NCBI GenBank assembly: GCA_964474075.1
Contig: CAYYRO010000001.1
Span: 5,797-61,703 of the forward strand
Source: an uncultured Methylophaga sp.
Lineage (GTDB): Bacteria; Pseudomonadota; Gammaproteobacteria; Nitrosococcales; Methylophagaceae
Length of the DNA: 55,907 nucleotides
Reading direction: 5' to 3'
Program-made: the position numbers and the translations under genes
Notes under the pieces: generated by a model
Database searches by the model: none
What the model was told of the DNA's origin: nothing
Seen by the model: only the letters and a program-made list of their open reading frames with translations
Part shown: positions 1 to 11,522 of the stretch, piece after piece
Position numbering within the stretch: the first letter of the stretch is position 1
How the letters are laid out: every line of letters begins with the position of its first letter

Positions 1-983
1 TGATCGCCACGTTCTAATATGCTCATTGGTGAATCACCAACCTGAAACAGATCTACACCAACCGATACCGTGACTTCGCCAATTGATTCCTGGCTGTTTT
101 TCTTTTTCAACCGGCTATCGGCGAAACTGCTGCGAATCGCTTCGGCTATCGTGCGGGCTTCCTGAGCATTGCTGTGCAGTAATAGCATGGCCATTTCATC
201 GCCGCCAAAACGGGCTGCAATATGTAAATCATCACAATGTTTTTTCAATAAAGTGGCAAAAAACTGTAACAGTTTGTCACCCAGTGCATGACCAAAGCGG
301 TCGTTGACTGATTTGAAATTATCAATATCAAACAATATCAACGCGAATTTAACCTGACCGCTGCGGCATAATTGCGATAATTCTTTATTAAAGCTGCCAC
401 GATTTAAAAGACCGGTTAAGCCATCAATACGGGCTTCCTGTTTGACGGCTTCCAGCTCGCTACGCAGTTTGAGAATTTCCTGTGTTGATTCTGCGAGCTC
501 TTGTTTTAAGCCGCTGCTCGATTGGCTAAGCTTACGGGTATTTTCCAGAATACCTGCCAGCACATTTTTGATATCAGCAATATCGTCACAATTTTCCAGC
601 AGACTCTGGCTTTGATTGAGATCTGTTGCAAAGTCGCCGGCGGCAATTTCGGCGCGGTTAATATTATTGATGGTGTTGTCGACTACCAACCGCAGACCGT
701 TATTGGTTTGTTCCAGCCGTTCCGGCATGCCTAGCAGTACATATTTTTCGTATAAATACTGCGTTAAATCCGGGGTTATCTCATCGCCTTTGTTCAGCCG
801 GGTATCAATTGCATTGATCAGCGCCTGATTATTGCCGGATACATATTCATACCAAACAGCGTAATTAACGGGAGTAATCGGCGTTTGATAGCGGTTAATC
901 AGTGGCAGAGCTCGGCGCAGATTTTCGGATGCTTGTTGAAAAGCATCGGTATAAACCGGTGGGAAAGAGGACTGTTTTGCCAC
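1..983 (-). CDS. Diguanylate cyclase (GGDEF family, GGDEM variant); 3' end runs off the window
   Basis: Not in the ORF track; hand-translated from GTG at 983 (MAKQSSFPPVYTDAFQQASENLRRALPLINRYQTPITPVNYAVWYEY...). In-frame FDIDNFKSVNDRFGHALGD and ARFGGDEM (~192-215) motifs. Confidence 0.85.
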   Translation of the reverse strand, partial: MAKQSSFPPVYTDAFQQASENLRRALPLINRYQTPITPVNYAVWYEYVSGNNQALINAIDTRLNKGDEITPDLTQYLYEKYVLLGMPERLEQTNNGLRLVVDNTINNINRAEIAAGDFATDLNQSQSLLENCDDIADIKNVLAGILENTRKLSQSSSGLKQELAESTQEILKLRSELEAVKQEARIDGLTGLLNRGSFNKELSQLCRSGQVKFALILFDIDNFKSVNDRFGHALGDKLLQFFATLLKKHCDDLHIAARFGGDEMAMLLLHSNAQEARTIAEAIRSSFADSRLKKKNSQESIGEVTVSVGVDLFQVGDSPMSILERGD

Positions 984-1039
984 AAATTTTTTCCTAAAGA
1001 ATGACTTGTGATAATTGTTCACAACAATACATTAATTTA

Positions 1040-2293
1040 TCAATTTATTTTTTGGCGCAATTTTATAAGCACCGGTATCAACAGTATTAGCGTCAGCCAG
1101 GGCAAAAACCTTAAAAATTGTGCACTACTGAACTGGCCGCTGGCTGCAAGCCAGGTCAAAATCAGAAAACTGACCATGGTTAAATTCTGAATCCAGTTGT
1201 TGCCAGCAAGCACCGTACCCAGCATTGCAGCAGGTGCTTCGCGCTGGATTAATGCATTCAACGGAATAATAAATAAACCACCAAATATGCCAAAAGCGAT
1301 GATGGTCAATGCAAAACTGATGACGCTGTTTAAAAGTGGTATCAGCGCCAACATGGCAAACATGCCAAGGCCTCCAATTAACAGTAATGGATAACGTATC
1401 TTCTGCCGGCACAGACGGCCGGCGAGTAAAGAGCCAGTAATAATACCCAGCCCGGAGCAGGCGAGCAGACCCTGAATAACGATAGTGTTGGTTTCGTTTA
1501 GCACAATTTTGGCAAAAGCCGGAAACACGGCCAGCATGGTTTGCGAAATCCCCCAGAAAATCGACAGCCCAAGAATGCACCACCAGATAAGCTGATTGGC
1601 CGTTAATATCTGTAAATTATTTCGTAGAATATAGCCCCGGCGGTAGGCGGGCCAATTAAAGGCTTTATCGGCACTTGCTGCTTTTAATAACGGCAACCGC
1701 CGCGCTAGAAAATACTCAATACAAGACAAGCCGACCAACAACCAGCCGAGCGGCGCAATATACTGAATCAGTTCTGCTTCGTTGGCATAACTGACGTCAA
1801 CCAGCAATATTTCAAACAGTACTGTGAACAAAAAAATGCCAGTCAGGATGGCGACAATGGTGGTGGCCTGTAAAAAACCATTTGCCGGTGCCAGTTGCTG
1901 TTCACCGGCTGTTTCGCGGATATAGCCGTACTTGGCCGGTGAATAAATGGCACTTTGTGCTGCCAACACAAAGGTCAACGCAAATGCCAGTTGAAACCAG
2001 CCCTGATAATAGCTGAGGGTAATCAATAGTGTGATGAAGATCGCCGAAAGTGCTGCCCAGCGCATAATTTGTGGTTTGGCAAAGCGATCTGATAAAAAAC
2101 CAGCCGGGGTAAATAGTAAAATAAACGGCAGTAAAATCAGTGCATTGACGATTGCTGTCAAAGCAACCTGGGTGGCATCATCGTAAATTTTAAAAAGAGT
2201 GTTCTGAATGGTGATCTTATGGCCCAGATCCACCATGGCATTGATAAATGCTACCAGTAAAAACGGGCCCAGCCCGGCGATTCGGCCCGTCAT
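1040..2293 (-). CDS. MFS transporter, LplT-like / N-terminal MFS domain of Aas-type proteins
   Basis: About 12 hydrophobic segments; LPFILLFTPAGFLSDRF and QSAIYSPAKYGYIRE motifs. Confidence 0.75.
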   Translation of the reverse strand: MTGRIAGLGPFLLVAFINAMVDLGHKITIQNTLFKIYDDATQVALTAIVNALILLPFILLFTPAGFLSDRFAKPQIMRWAALSAIFITLLITLSYYQGWFQLAFALTFVLAAQSAIYSPAKYGYIRETAGEQQLAPANGFLQATTIVAILTGIFLFTVLFEILLVDVSYANEAELIQYIAPLGWLLVGLSCIEYFLARRLPLLKAASADKAFNWPAYRRGYILRNNLQILTANQLIWWCILGLSIFWGISQTMLAVFPAFAKIVLNETNTIVIQGLLACSGLGIITGSLLAGRLCRQKIRYPLLLIGGLGMFAMLALIPLLNSVISFALTIIAFGIFGGLFIIPLNALIQREAPAAMLGTVLAGNNWIQNLTMVSFLILTWLAASGQFSSAQFLRFLPWLTLILLIPVLIKLRQKIN

Positions 2294-2301
2294 CGATGAC
2301 T

Positions 2302-2745
2302 TTAGTCAGCGTCTTGCAGCCGTACTGCCAAAACATCGCAGTGGGCATGATGCAAAATCGCATTGGCAGTCGAACCGAGCAGTACTTTTATACCATGCCG
2401 GCCATGCGAGCCGACGACGATCAAATCGACATTGTGTTCGTCAGCGATGCGGACAATGTCGCGTCCGGGACTGCCAAACTCAACCCACTGATGTGCGGTG
2501 TCTATACCATAACGTGTGCCGACTTCGGCTAGTTGCTTTTGACCGGCTTCCAGCAAAGACTCGCGCATTTCGCTGTCGACGCTGATCATTGGTTCATAAG
2601 CAAAATCGGTTAGCGGAAAGTCTTCGACAATATGACATAAACAAAGCTGCGTGTCCGGACCAGCCAGTGCCTTTGCCCGGTGAATCACCTCATCGGTATG
2701 GGCCGAAAAATCGGCGGCAATCAGTATGTGTTTATACAAAGCCAT
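2302..2745 (-). CDS. Universal stress protein (UspA family)
   Basis: YKHILIAADFS N-terminus; DLIVVGSHGRHG..LLGSTANAILHHAHCDVLAV. Confidence 0.92.
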   Translation of the reverse strand: MALYKHILIAADFSAHTDEVIHRAKALAGPDTQLCLCHIVEDFPLTDFAYEPMISVDSEMRESLLEAGQKQLAEVGTRYGIDTAHQWVEFGSPGRDIVRIADEHNVDLIVVGSHGRHGIKVLLGSTANAILHHAHCDVLAVRLQDAD

Positions 2746-2762
2746 AACATCCCTCCACAGAC

Positions 2763-2787
2763 AAAAAAGGCAGGGTTGCCCCTGCCT
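2763..2787 (-). terminator. Intrinsic terminator after trxB
   Basis: Minus strand AGGCAGGG-GCAA-CCCTGCCT followed by a T-run. Confidence 0.75.
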
Positions 2788-2793
2788 CGTTGT

Positions 2794-3750
<957 letters not shown>

Positions 3751-3860
3751 TTAAAGATGCCGATTAGAGTAACCATTGCTATGGATTTGGACAAGCATCG
3801 CAGTTGAAAAGCTGTGTTAGAATCTGCCGATAATCTATTGGCTTCACTGGAATTATTACA

Positions 3861-6164
3861 TTGGCACAAGCGACGCGGGTAAACGATAAAGCGAAACAAG
3901 ACGTCACCGCTGGCGCAGTCGGCTTCCGGCTACGCGAAGCAGCGTTAATTCTGGCGCTGGCACTGGCCGCTTATTTATTGTTATCACTGGCTACTTACGA
4001 ACCGACCGATCCCGGTTGGTCAACCACCGGCACCGATGATGTAGTGGCTAATAGTGGCGGTATTGTTGGTGCCTGGCTTGCTGATGCGCTGCTTTATGGT
4101 TTTGGTTTGCCTGCTTATTTAGCGCCGTTGATGCTGGGGTTTTCCGGCTGGTTGTTATTCAGCTGGGGCAAACGCGCCGATAGTGCCGATGCCGTTCATT
4201 TCTGGGTATTAAAAGGGGTTGGCTTGCTGATGGCGCTGGCGGCGGCCAGTGGTTTATCCACCTTGAGCCTGATGGATTATGCCGAATTATTGCCGTTGGG
4301 CGCCGGCGGCGTACTGGGTGAAGTAGTGGGCCATGGTTTTGAAGCCGTTTTTGGTGCCTCGGGGACCAGTTTATTACTGCTGGCTTTTCTATTAACAGGC
4401 GTTACCTTGTTCACCGGCTTGTCCTGGCTGATGGTCATCGACCGACTGGGCGCCGCAGCGATGGTAGTAATGACCTGGGCAGCCCGGCGTAGCCGCGATA
4501 TGCAAGCAGACATTCAGGCTAAACGTAATCGACAGCAGCGTGAAGAGAGCTTTTTAGAGCAAAAAGAAAAACTCCAGCACAAAGCCAAAGTACGTATTGA
4601 GCCTGTCCTGCCGCAAGGGGTAGTGCCTAGTAAACGCGAAGAAAAAGAACGTCAGAAGCCGTTGTTTGAAACACCGGATTCACCGGGTATGCCAACACTG
4701 TCATTACTGGATTTGCCTAAAGCCGCCCAGCAGGGTTATAGCGAGGAAGTGTTGCAGGCCTTATCACGACAAGTTGAGCTGAAACTGAAAGATTTCGGCG
4801 TCGAAGTGCAAGTGGTTGAGGTGCAGCCCGGTCCGGTGGTTACCCGTTTTGAATTACAGCCGGCAGCGGGTATCAAGGTTAGCCGCATCAGTGGTTTGGC
4901 GAAAGATTTGGCCCGGGCCTTGTCAGTCAGCAGTGTGCGTATTGTTGAGGTCATTCCCGGCAAACCCGTTGTCGGTCTTGAAATCCCTAACGAACATCGT
5001 GAAATTGTCCGGCTGCGTGAGATTTTGGCCTGCAGCGATTACGAAAACAGCAAATCGCCGCTGGTGATTGCGCTCGGTAAAGATATTGCTGGCCGGCCCG
5101 TGGTCGCCAACCTTGAAAAAATGCCGCATTTGCTGGTGGCAGGTACCACCGGTTCCGGTAAATCGGTCGCCGTTAATGCCATGATTCTGAGCCTGCTCTA
5201 CAAAGCAACGGCAAAAGAAGTACGGCTTATCATGGTCGATCCGAAAATGCTGGAGCTGTCGATTTATGAAGATATTCCGCATTTGCTGACGCCGGTAGTC
5301 ACCGATATGAAAGAGGCTGCCAATGCGCTGCGTTGGTGTGTCGCGGAAATGGAACGGCGTTATCCACTGATGGCGGCGCTCGGTGTTCGTAATATCGCCG
5401 GTTATAACAAAAAAGTGCAGGATGCTATCGACAAAGGCGAGCCTATTACCGATCCGCTGGCAGAAATTCTGCCCGGCGAGCCTATCCCAACCCTTGAGCC
5501 AATGCCGTTTATCGTTGTGATTATCGATGAATTGGCCGATATGATGATGGTGGTGGGTAAGCAGGTTGAAGAGTTGATCGCCCGCCTGGCGCAAAAAGCC
5601 CGTGCTTCGGGTATCCATTTGATTCTGGCGACACAGCGGCCGTCGGTGGATGTTATTACCGGTTTGATTAAAGCCAATATCCCCACTCGGATGGCGTTTC
5701 AGGTGTCATCACGCATCGATTCCAGAACTATTCTCGATCAAATGGGCGCCGAGCAATTACTGGGGCAGGGCGATATGTTGTATCTGCCGCCTGGCAGTGG
5801 TTTACCGGAGCGTGTCCATGGTGCATTTGTTGATGATCATGAGGTGCATGAAGTCGTTAACTTTCTGAAATCTCAGGGCGGGCCCGATTATCTTGAAGAA
5901 ATCACCAAAGCATTGAGTGCTGAAGATGGTGAAGGCGGTTCATTTGGTGATGCTGCTGATGGTGAGCAGGATGAGCTTTACGATCAGGCCGTACAGATTA
6001 TTACCGAATCACGACGTGCTTCGGTTTCAGGAATTCAGCGGCGTTTAAAGATTGGTTACAACCGGGCGGCGCGTATTGTTGAAGCGATGGAAGCGGCCGG
6101 TGTGGTCTCTGCCATGCAAAGTAACGGCAGTCGGGAAGTGTTGGCACCACCGCCACGAGATTGA
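3861..6164 (+). CDS. ftsK: DNA translocase FtsK
   Basis: 4TM N-terminus, [14 protein letters not shown] Walker [11 protein letters not shown]-terminal gamma domain (IGYNRAARI); TTG start. Confidence 0.97.
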   Translation: MAQATRVNDKAKQDVTAGAVGFRLREAALILALALAAYLLLSLATYEPTDPGWSTTGTDDVVANSGGIVGAWLADALLYGFGLPAYLAPLMLGFSGWLLFSWGKRADSADAVHFWVLKGVGLLMALAAASGLSTLSLMDYAELLPLGAGGVLGEVVGHGFEAVFGASGTSLLLLAFLLTGVTLFTGLSWLMVIDRLGAAAMVVMTWAARRSRDMQADIQAKRNRQQREESFLEQKEKLQHKAKVRIEPVLPQGVVPSKREEKERQKPLFETPDSPGMPTLSLLDLPKAAQQGYSEEVLQALSRQVELKLKDFGVEVQVVEVQPGPVVTRFELQPAAGIKVSRISGLAKDLARALSVSSVRIVEVIPGKPVVGLEIPNEHREIVRLREILACSDYENSKSPLVIALGKDIAGRPVVANLEKMPHLLVAGTTGSGKSVAVNAMILSLLYKATAKEVRLIMVDPKMLELSIYEDIPHLLTPVVTDMKEAANALRWCVAEMERRYPLMAALGVRNIAGYNKKVQDAIDKGEPITDPLAEILPGEPIPTLEPMPFIVVIIDELADMMMVVGKQVEELIARLAQKARASGIHLILATQRPSVDVITGLIKANIPTRMAFQVSSRIDSRTILDQMGAEQLLGQGDMLYLPPGSGLPERVHGAFVDDHEVHEVVNFLKSQGGPDYLEEITKALSAEDGEGGSFGDAADGEQDELYDQAVQIITESRRASVSGIQRRLKIGYNRAARIVEAMEAAGVVSAMQSNGSREVLAPPPRD

Positions 6165-6221
6165 TGCACCTATTTCAATCCGCTGTAGTCTAATCAGCGT
6201 GGTTAACTATCAGGAGTTTAT

Positions 6222-6854
6222 ATGTTGAAGCGATTTTCGCTACTACTGGCTGGAGTGCTGAGTTTGAGCATCGGATCGGTGCAGGCTGAAGAAGATGCAA
6301 TTAGTCGTTTGAATCAGTTTGTGGCTGAGGTCAGCGAGTTTCAGGCGATGTTTACGCAAACCGTGGTTGATTCCGATGGGAATATTATTGAGGAAGCCGA
6401 TGGTGAATTTTTGCTGTCGCGGCCCGGTAAATTTCGCTGGGATTATGTCACGCCTTATGCACAGCAAATTGTTGCCGATGGTCAGCGGATTTGGTTTTAT
6501 GACGAAGATTTAGAGCAAATCACCGTTAAAAATCAGGATGAAACCCTTGCTGATACGCCTGCAGGTTTGTTATCTGGCAAAAGTATGCCGGAGGATGCCT
6601 ATAACATCACGACGATTGATAAAGCTGATGATCTGCAGTGGGTAGAGTTAACGCCCAAAGATGAAGAATCAAATTATCAGCGGGTACAATTGGGATTTAA
6701 CGAAGCGGGCCTGCAGCAAATGTTGATGATTGATGCCTTCGATCAACAAACCAACCTGCACTTCACCGAAGTGAAAATCAATCCCTCACTGGCAGCCGAT
6801 CGTTTTGATTTTATTCCACCCGCTGGAGTGGACGTCGTGGGAGACGCGCCCTAA
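6222..6854 (+). CDS. lolA: Outer-membrane lipoprotein carrier protein
   Basis: Signal peptide; RPGKFRWDY, IVADG, FDFIPPAGVDVV; ftsK-lolA-rarA synteny; AGGAG RBS. Confidence 0.95.
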   Translation: MLKRFSLLLAGVLSLSIGSVQAEEDAISRLNQFVAEVSEFQAMFTQTVVDSDGNIIEEADGEFLLSRPGKFRWDYVTPYAQQIVADGQRIWFYDEDLEQITVKNQDETLADTPAGLLSGKSMPEDAYNITTIDKADDLQWVELTPKDEESNYQRVQLGFNEAGLQQMLMIDAFDQQTNLHFTEVKINPSLAADRFDFIPPAGVDVVGDAP

Positions 6855-8186
6855 GTGAGTCTGTTTGATAATCTGCAGCCCAGCACCGGTCGGCCGTTAG
6901 CGGACCGGATGCGGCCGCAGACGCTGGATGACTACATAGGTCAACAGCATCTGATAGGTGAAGGCAAACCACTGCGGCAGGCAATTGCCAGTGGTCAGCC
7001 ACACTCAATGATTTTCTGGGGCCCGCCCGGTACCGGTAAAACCACGCTGGCGAGATTGATCGCTGGTTATTGTGATGCCGAATTTATCACTATTTCAGCC
7101 GTTTTGGCCGGTGTTAAAGAGGTTCGTGAGGCAGTTGCCAGGGCCAAACTAATTGCCCAGGAACGCGGCCGGCGCACCATGTTATTTGTTGATGAAGTGC
7201 ATCGTTTTAACAAATCCCAGCAAGATGCCTTTTTGCCGTATGTCGAAGACGGTACTTTTACATTTATCGGTGCGACCACTGAAAACCCTTCATTTGAATT
7301 AAATAATGCTTTGCTTTCACGGGCCCGGGTCTATGTACTCAAATCATTGGAAGCTGCCGATTTACGCCTGATTATTGATCGGGCAATGGATGATGGTATT
7401 CGTGGCCTGGCCGCTCGTGACATCAGTCTCGATGATGAGTTGCGTGATCAGCTAGCTGAAAGCGCCGATGGTGATGGCCGAAGGGTGTTGAACTTGCTGG
7501 AAATCGCTATCGATTTAGCAGATAGCAAAGCACAAACTGCCGTTTCCGTAGAAGATTTAACGGCAGTTTTATCTGGTAGTTTTCGGCGCTTTGATAAAGG
7601 CGGCGAGGCTTTCTACGATCAGATTTCTGCACTACATAAATCAGTTCGGGGCAGCGCGCCGGATGCGGCATTGTATTGGTTATGCCGGATGCTGGATGGT
7701 GGCTGTGATCCGGTGTATTTAATGCGGCGAATTGTGCGCATGGCCGTGGAAGATATCGGTAATGCCGATCCACGTGGTCTGGAACTGGCATTAAACGCAT
7801 GGGACAGCCTGGAAAAGCTGGGCCGCCCTGAAGGGGAGTTGGCGATTGCCCAGGCAGTCGTCTATTTGGCCTGCGCGCCCAAAAGTAATGCCGTTTACAC
7901 CGCCTTTAAAGCAGCAATGCACGACGTGCAAACCAACGGCAGTGCTGAAGTGCCGCTGCATTTACGTAATGCGCCGACCAAGTTGATGAAAGAGCTGGAT
8001 TACGGCAAAACCTATCGTTATGCCCATGATGAGCCGGATGCTTATGCGGCGGGGGAGACTTACTTTCCGGAAACCATGGGCGAGCGGCGATATTATCAGC
8101 CGGTTAATCGTGGTTTGGAAATCAAGATTGGCGAGAAGTTGAGCCGGTTACGAGAACTCGATAAACAAGCCAAAAAACGCAGTTAA
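6855..8186 (+). CDS. rarA: Replication-associated recombination protein A
   Basis: [42 protein letters not shown]. Confidence 0.96.
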   Translation: MSLFDNLQPSTGRPLADRMRPQTLDDYIGQQHLIGEGKPLRQAIASGQPHSMIFWGPPGTGKTTLARLIAGYCDAEFITISAVLAGVKEVREAVARAKLIAQERGRRTMLFVDEVHRFNKSQQDAFLPYVEDGTFTFIGATTENPSFELNNALLSRARVYVLKSLEAADLRLIIDRAMDDGIRGLAARDISLDDELRDQLAESADGDGRRVLNLLEIAIDLADSKAQTAVSVEDLTAVLSGSFRRFDKGGEAFYDQISALHKSVRGSAPDAALYWLCRMLDGGCDPVYLMRRIVRMAVEDIGNADPRGLELALNAWDSLEKLGRPEGELAIAQAVVYLACAPKSNAVYTAFKAAMHDVQTNGSAEVPLHLRNAPTKLMKELDYGKTYRYAHDEPDAYAAGETYFPETMGERRYYQPVNRGLEIKIGEKLSRLRELDKQAKKRS

Positions 8187-8947
8187 GCCTTTAATGGCGC
8201 ATAAATATCATAGCGGGTGTTTTTGCTGGCAACTTCAGCTACCGGTTTAACGGCATTTAATAACGGCGCCCCTTTGGGTCGTTTGACGACAATGCGCTTT
8301 TTTGCATGCTGCAGTGCGGTAGCCAGCAAGGCTTCACCTGTTTCATCATTGCCAACTAATTGATGCAGGATTTGCATGTCTTTTTTAACCAGTGCACTTT
8401 TATCCCGGCTGGGATACATCGGGTCCAGATAAATCACATCCGGCCACTCGGCTTCAGGCAAAGCCGTTAAATAATCGACGGCATTCACATTCAGTAATGA
8501 CATCCGGGCGGCGATTTCGGCAATATCTTTGTCATTTGCCGCGCGATTTAAACCATCTTCAACTAAAGCCGCCAACAGCGGCTGTTGTTCCAGCAAGGTT
8601 AATTGACAGCCCAGGCTGGCGAGGACAAAGGCATCTCTGGCCCAACCGGCCGTGGCATCAATGACTGTTGGATTAAAGCCGGGTTTTAAACCGACAGCTT
8701 TAGCCAGGGGTTGACCGCGACCACCACCAAATTGCCGGCGATGGGCATTTTTGCCGCTGATAAAATCCACCTGCACCGGACCACCGAGTGCCGGTGCCCA
8801 TAAACTTAATCCGTGCTCATTTACCGTTAATTGCAACGCAGCATTTGATTCATTGCTCAGCGGTAAAGCAAGGCTTTGGGCCAATTGTTGCGCCTTGTCA
8901 GCAAACGCTTCATTTAAGAAGCTGACCACGCAGGCGGTCATGGCCAA
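8183..8947 (-). CDS. rsmJ: 16S rRNA m2G1516 methyltransferase
   Basis: [41 protein letters not shown]. Confidence 0.9.
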   Translation of the reverse strand: MAMTACVVSFLNEAFADKAQQLAQSLALPLSNESNAALQLTVNEHGLSLWAPALGGPVQVDFISGKNAHRRQFGGGRGQPLAKAVGLKPGFNPTVIDATAGWARDAFVLASLGCQLTLLEQQPLLAALVEDGLNRAANDKDIAEIAARMSLLNVNAVDYLTALPEAEWPDVIYLDPMYPSRDKSALVKKDMQILHQLVGNDETGEALLATALQHAKKRIVVKRPKGAPLLNAVKPVAEVASKNTRYDIYAPLKA

Positions 8948-9937
8948 TTAACGACCAGCAATAAAATCACCGAAGGCGCGGCTGCCCTCAGCGGTGGCAA
9001 TATTTTCTATCAACTTATCGGTTTTGGTATCAATCACTGACACCTTACCGCTGCCCCAGTTGGCGACATACAGATAACGGCCATTGGCGCTGATATCAAT
9101 GCCTTCCGGCGTATCGTCAACATCAATCACCGCAGTGACCTCATTGCTGCTTAAATCAATCTTGGAGACACTGTTCTCATCCTGATTGGTGACATAAAGT
9201 GTGCTGTCATCGGGGCTGAGGACTGCGCAATATGGCCACTCTCCGACTGCAATGGTTTCAATAGTTTTTTGTGTGCTGGTATCGATAGCGCTGACGCTAT
9301 TATCTTGCACATTAACCGTGTAAAGCCGGCTGCCGTTCTGACTTAAAGCAACACCAAAGGGGGCTTTGCCGACCGCAATTTCTGCGACAGTTTGTTGCGT
9401 TGATAGATCTACGACGGATACTGAATTATCGTCGCGGTTAGCGACATACAATTTCTGATTAGCATCATCGACTATCAACCCTGCGGGTGACTGACCAACC
9501 GGGATCTGGTTAATAATAGTTTTCTGTACAGTATCGACAACACTGATTTGATCCTGATACCAGTCGGCAACATACAACAGGCTGCCATCAATGTTGCTGG
9601 CAATGCCTACCGGACCATCACCGACTTTCATGCGGAAGGTTTCCTGCATCAAGGTCGCATCAATAAAAGAAATATCTTGTGAATCAGCGTTACTGATAAA
9701 AATTTTCTGACCGTCCCGGCTTTGGGCGACACCCGCTGGTGCTTTACCGACCTCAATGGTGTGTTGAACTTGGCGGGTTTGCAGATCAATGACGCTGACA
9801 TTATCGCTAAGCTGATTAGTGATATAGGCATATTGTGGCTCATCACTACAGCCTGTTAATGGCAATATCACAAACAGAAAAAAAGCGGCCCACATTGGGG
9901 CCGCTTTAGAGGAACAATAAGTCGCGTTAGCGCGCAT
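8948..9937 (-). CDS. YVTN beta-propeller lipoprotein (MxaE-like)
   Basis: About 7 repeats of Y(V/I)(T/A)N..(D/N)SVSVID; lipobox LTG-C; ATG overlaps the upstream stop (TAATG). Alternative start at 9895. Confidence 0.8.
   Translation of the reverse strand: MRANATYCSSKAAPMWAAFFLFVILPLTGCSDEPQYAYITNQLSDNVSVIDLQTRQVQHTIEVGKAPAGVAQSRDGQKIFISNADSQDISFIDATLMQETFRMKVGDGPVGIASNIDGSLLYVADWYQDQISVVDTVQKTIINQIPVGQSPAGLIVDDANQKLYVANRDDNSVSVVDLSTQQTVAEIAVGKAPFGVALSQNGSRLYTVNVQDNSVSAIDTSTQKTIETIAVGEWPYCAVLSPDDSTLYVTNQDENSVSKIDLSSNEVTAVIDVDDTPEGIDISANGRYLYVANWGSGKVSVIDTKTDKLIENIATAEGSRAFGDFIAGR
9878..9907 (-). terminator. Terminator-like hairpin inside the 5' end of the YVTN gene
   Basis: Minus strand AAAGCGGCCC-CAATGT-GGGCCGCTTT-TTTT. 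Confidence 0.7.
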
Positions 9938-10500
9938 TATTTTTCCAGAACATTTTTTAAGCCTTCCAAACCGCTGGTGTAGACAGCTGTAATGGCTTCA
10001 ACGGCTTCAGAATCAGATTGGCCTTCTGGTACAGGTGGGTTATCCATAAACGAACGGTAAAATTTACCGCGCCATTTTACTTCAGTACCACCATCAACTT
10101 CTTTAACGTAGATCCATGATTTATAGGTCGAAACCGGCAGCGTGTAGTAAGGGGTATCTTTGCTGTTGAAGGTAATAGTTTTAACAACACTCATATCATC
10201 AATGGTGTAAATCAGCGTTTTACGTTCTTCGTCAACTTTGTCCAATTCTTCAGTAATCGTTGGATTGCCTTCGACATTGAGCGTCAACACACGGGTTTTC
10301 TCATCTTTCATATCAACGCTTTTAACCGCAGGATGCCATTGATCCATTGCTGAGAAGTCTTTGACCATTGCCCAAACTTTATCAACCGGTGCATTGATGA
10401 CAATTTTTTCTTCGACCATTTGCCGGGTTGGACCATGCGCATTGGCGATGACAGGCACCACTGACAGGGCGATGGCAAAAAACTGTAACAACTTCTTCAT
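9937..10500 (-). CDS. Secreted SRPBCC-fold protein, MxaD-like
   Basis: Start at MKKLL after a GGAG RBS; signal peptide then HGPTRQ..EKIVINAPVDKVWAMVKDF..WHPAV, and V.WRGKFYR..SD.EAVEAITAVY.SGL. Confidence 0.8.
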   Translation of the reverse strand: MKKLLQFFAIALSVVPVIANAHGPTRQMVEEKIVINAPVDKVWAMVKDFSAMDQWHPAVKSVDMKDEKTRVLTLNVEGNPTITEELDKVDEERKTLIYTIDDMSVVKTITFNSKDTPYYTLPVSTYKSWIYVKEVDGGTEVKWRGKFYRSFMDNPPVPEGQSDSEAVEAITAVYTSGLEGLKNVLEK

Positions 10501-10532
10501 TATATTCTCCGTTTTTTTATGGTGTGACGAAA

Positions 10533-10566
10533 ACATTACCACGATGATTCTGAACGTACTCTGAAC
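10533..10566 (-). promoter_or_regulatory. 7-4-7 direct repeat plus candidate -10 upstream of the mxaD-like gene
   Basis: Minus strand GTTCAGA-GTAC-GTTCAGA-(10 nt)-TAATGT. Confidence 0.45.
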
Positions 10567-10715
10567 AGATGCCAAGGGTGAATTTTTCCTGATTTGCCAG
10601 AAACGTGGGCCGATTACTTTAACGGATAACCCAGTGTTGTTCCATAGTATTATTTGACTTACCCCCGCGGATTACCGAAAATTGAGCCCCTTATTTTTAA
10701 GCTATCGGCAGGGCC

Positions 10716-11522
10716 ATGACGCCACTGATCAAAATCAGAGACTTACACTTCTATCGTGGTGACAAAGCGATATTCGATGGCGTTGATATCGATATCTATC
10801 GCGGCAAAGTCACCGCTATCATGGGACCCAGTGGTACCGGTAAAACCACCTTACTAAAATTGATTGGTGGCCAGTTGCGACCACAGCGCGGCAGCATTAT
10901 TGTTGACGGCGAAGATGTTCATAAACTATCCCGTAAAGCGTTATATGCCCTACGTAAACGTATGGGCATGCTATTTCAAAGCGGTGCCCTGCTAACCGAT
11001 ATTAATGTTTATGAAAACGTGGCTTTTCCGTTGTATGAACATACCGATTTGCCGGAATCAATGATCCGCGACTTGGTATTGATGAAGTTACAGGCTGTGG
11101 GCTTGCGTAATGCCCGCAATATGATGCCTGCTGAATTATCAGGTGGTATGGCCCGGCGGGTGGCGCTGGCACGCGCTATGGCCTTGGATCCAATGATGAT
11201 CATGTATGATGAGCCGTTTACCGGCCAGGATCCGATTTCCATGGGTACGCTGGTGAATTTGATTCGCCGCGTCAATGACGCCATGGGTTTAACCAGTATC
11301 GTGGTATCACATGATGTCGCTGAAACCACACAAATTGCTGACGATATTTATTTGTTATCGGGCGGCAAAGTAATCGATCAGGGTACGCCTGAGCAGTTAC
11401 AGAAATCCGGCTCTGATTGGGTCGAACAGTTTATGCAGGGCCTGCCAGATGGGCCGGTACCGTTTCATTATCCGGGGACAGAATTTGCTGATGATTTACT
11501 GGCGGGCGAGGAACACCGATGA
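10716..11522 (+). CDS. mlaF: Phospholipid ABC transporter ATPase
   Basis: [41 protein letters not shown]. Confidence 0.95.
   Translation: MTPLIKIRDLHFYRGDKAIFDGVDIDIYRGKVTAIMGPSGTGKTTLLKLIGGQLRPQRGSIIVDGEDVHKLSRKALYALRKRMGMLFQSGALLTDINVYENVAFPLYEHTDLPESMIRDLVLMKLQAVGLRNARNMMPAELSGGMARRVALARAMALDPMMIMYDEPFTGQDPISMGTLVNLIRRVNDAMGLTSIVVSHDVAETTQIADDIYLLSGGKVIDQGTPEQLQKSGSDWVEQFMQGLPDGPVPFHYPGTEFADDLLAGEEHR

Noticed and set aside
4923-5618. 231-aa antisense ORF in ftsK with a His run, plus similar antisense ORFs in pilT and the Fe-S oxidoreductase
   Set aside because: The HHHHH is the reverse complement of MMMVV codons; these are shadows of conserved genes.
8948-9850. Repetitive sequence as a possible CRISPR array or DNA repeat
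   Set aside because: The repeats are protein-level beta-propeller blades; no identical DNA repeats with spacers and no cas genes were seen.
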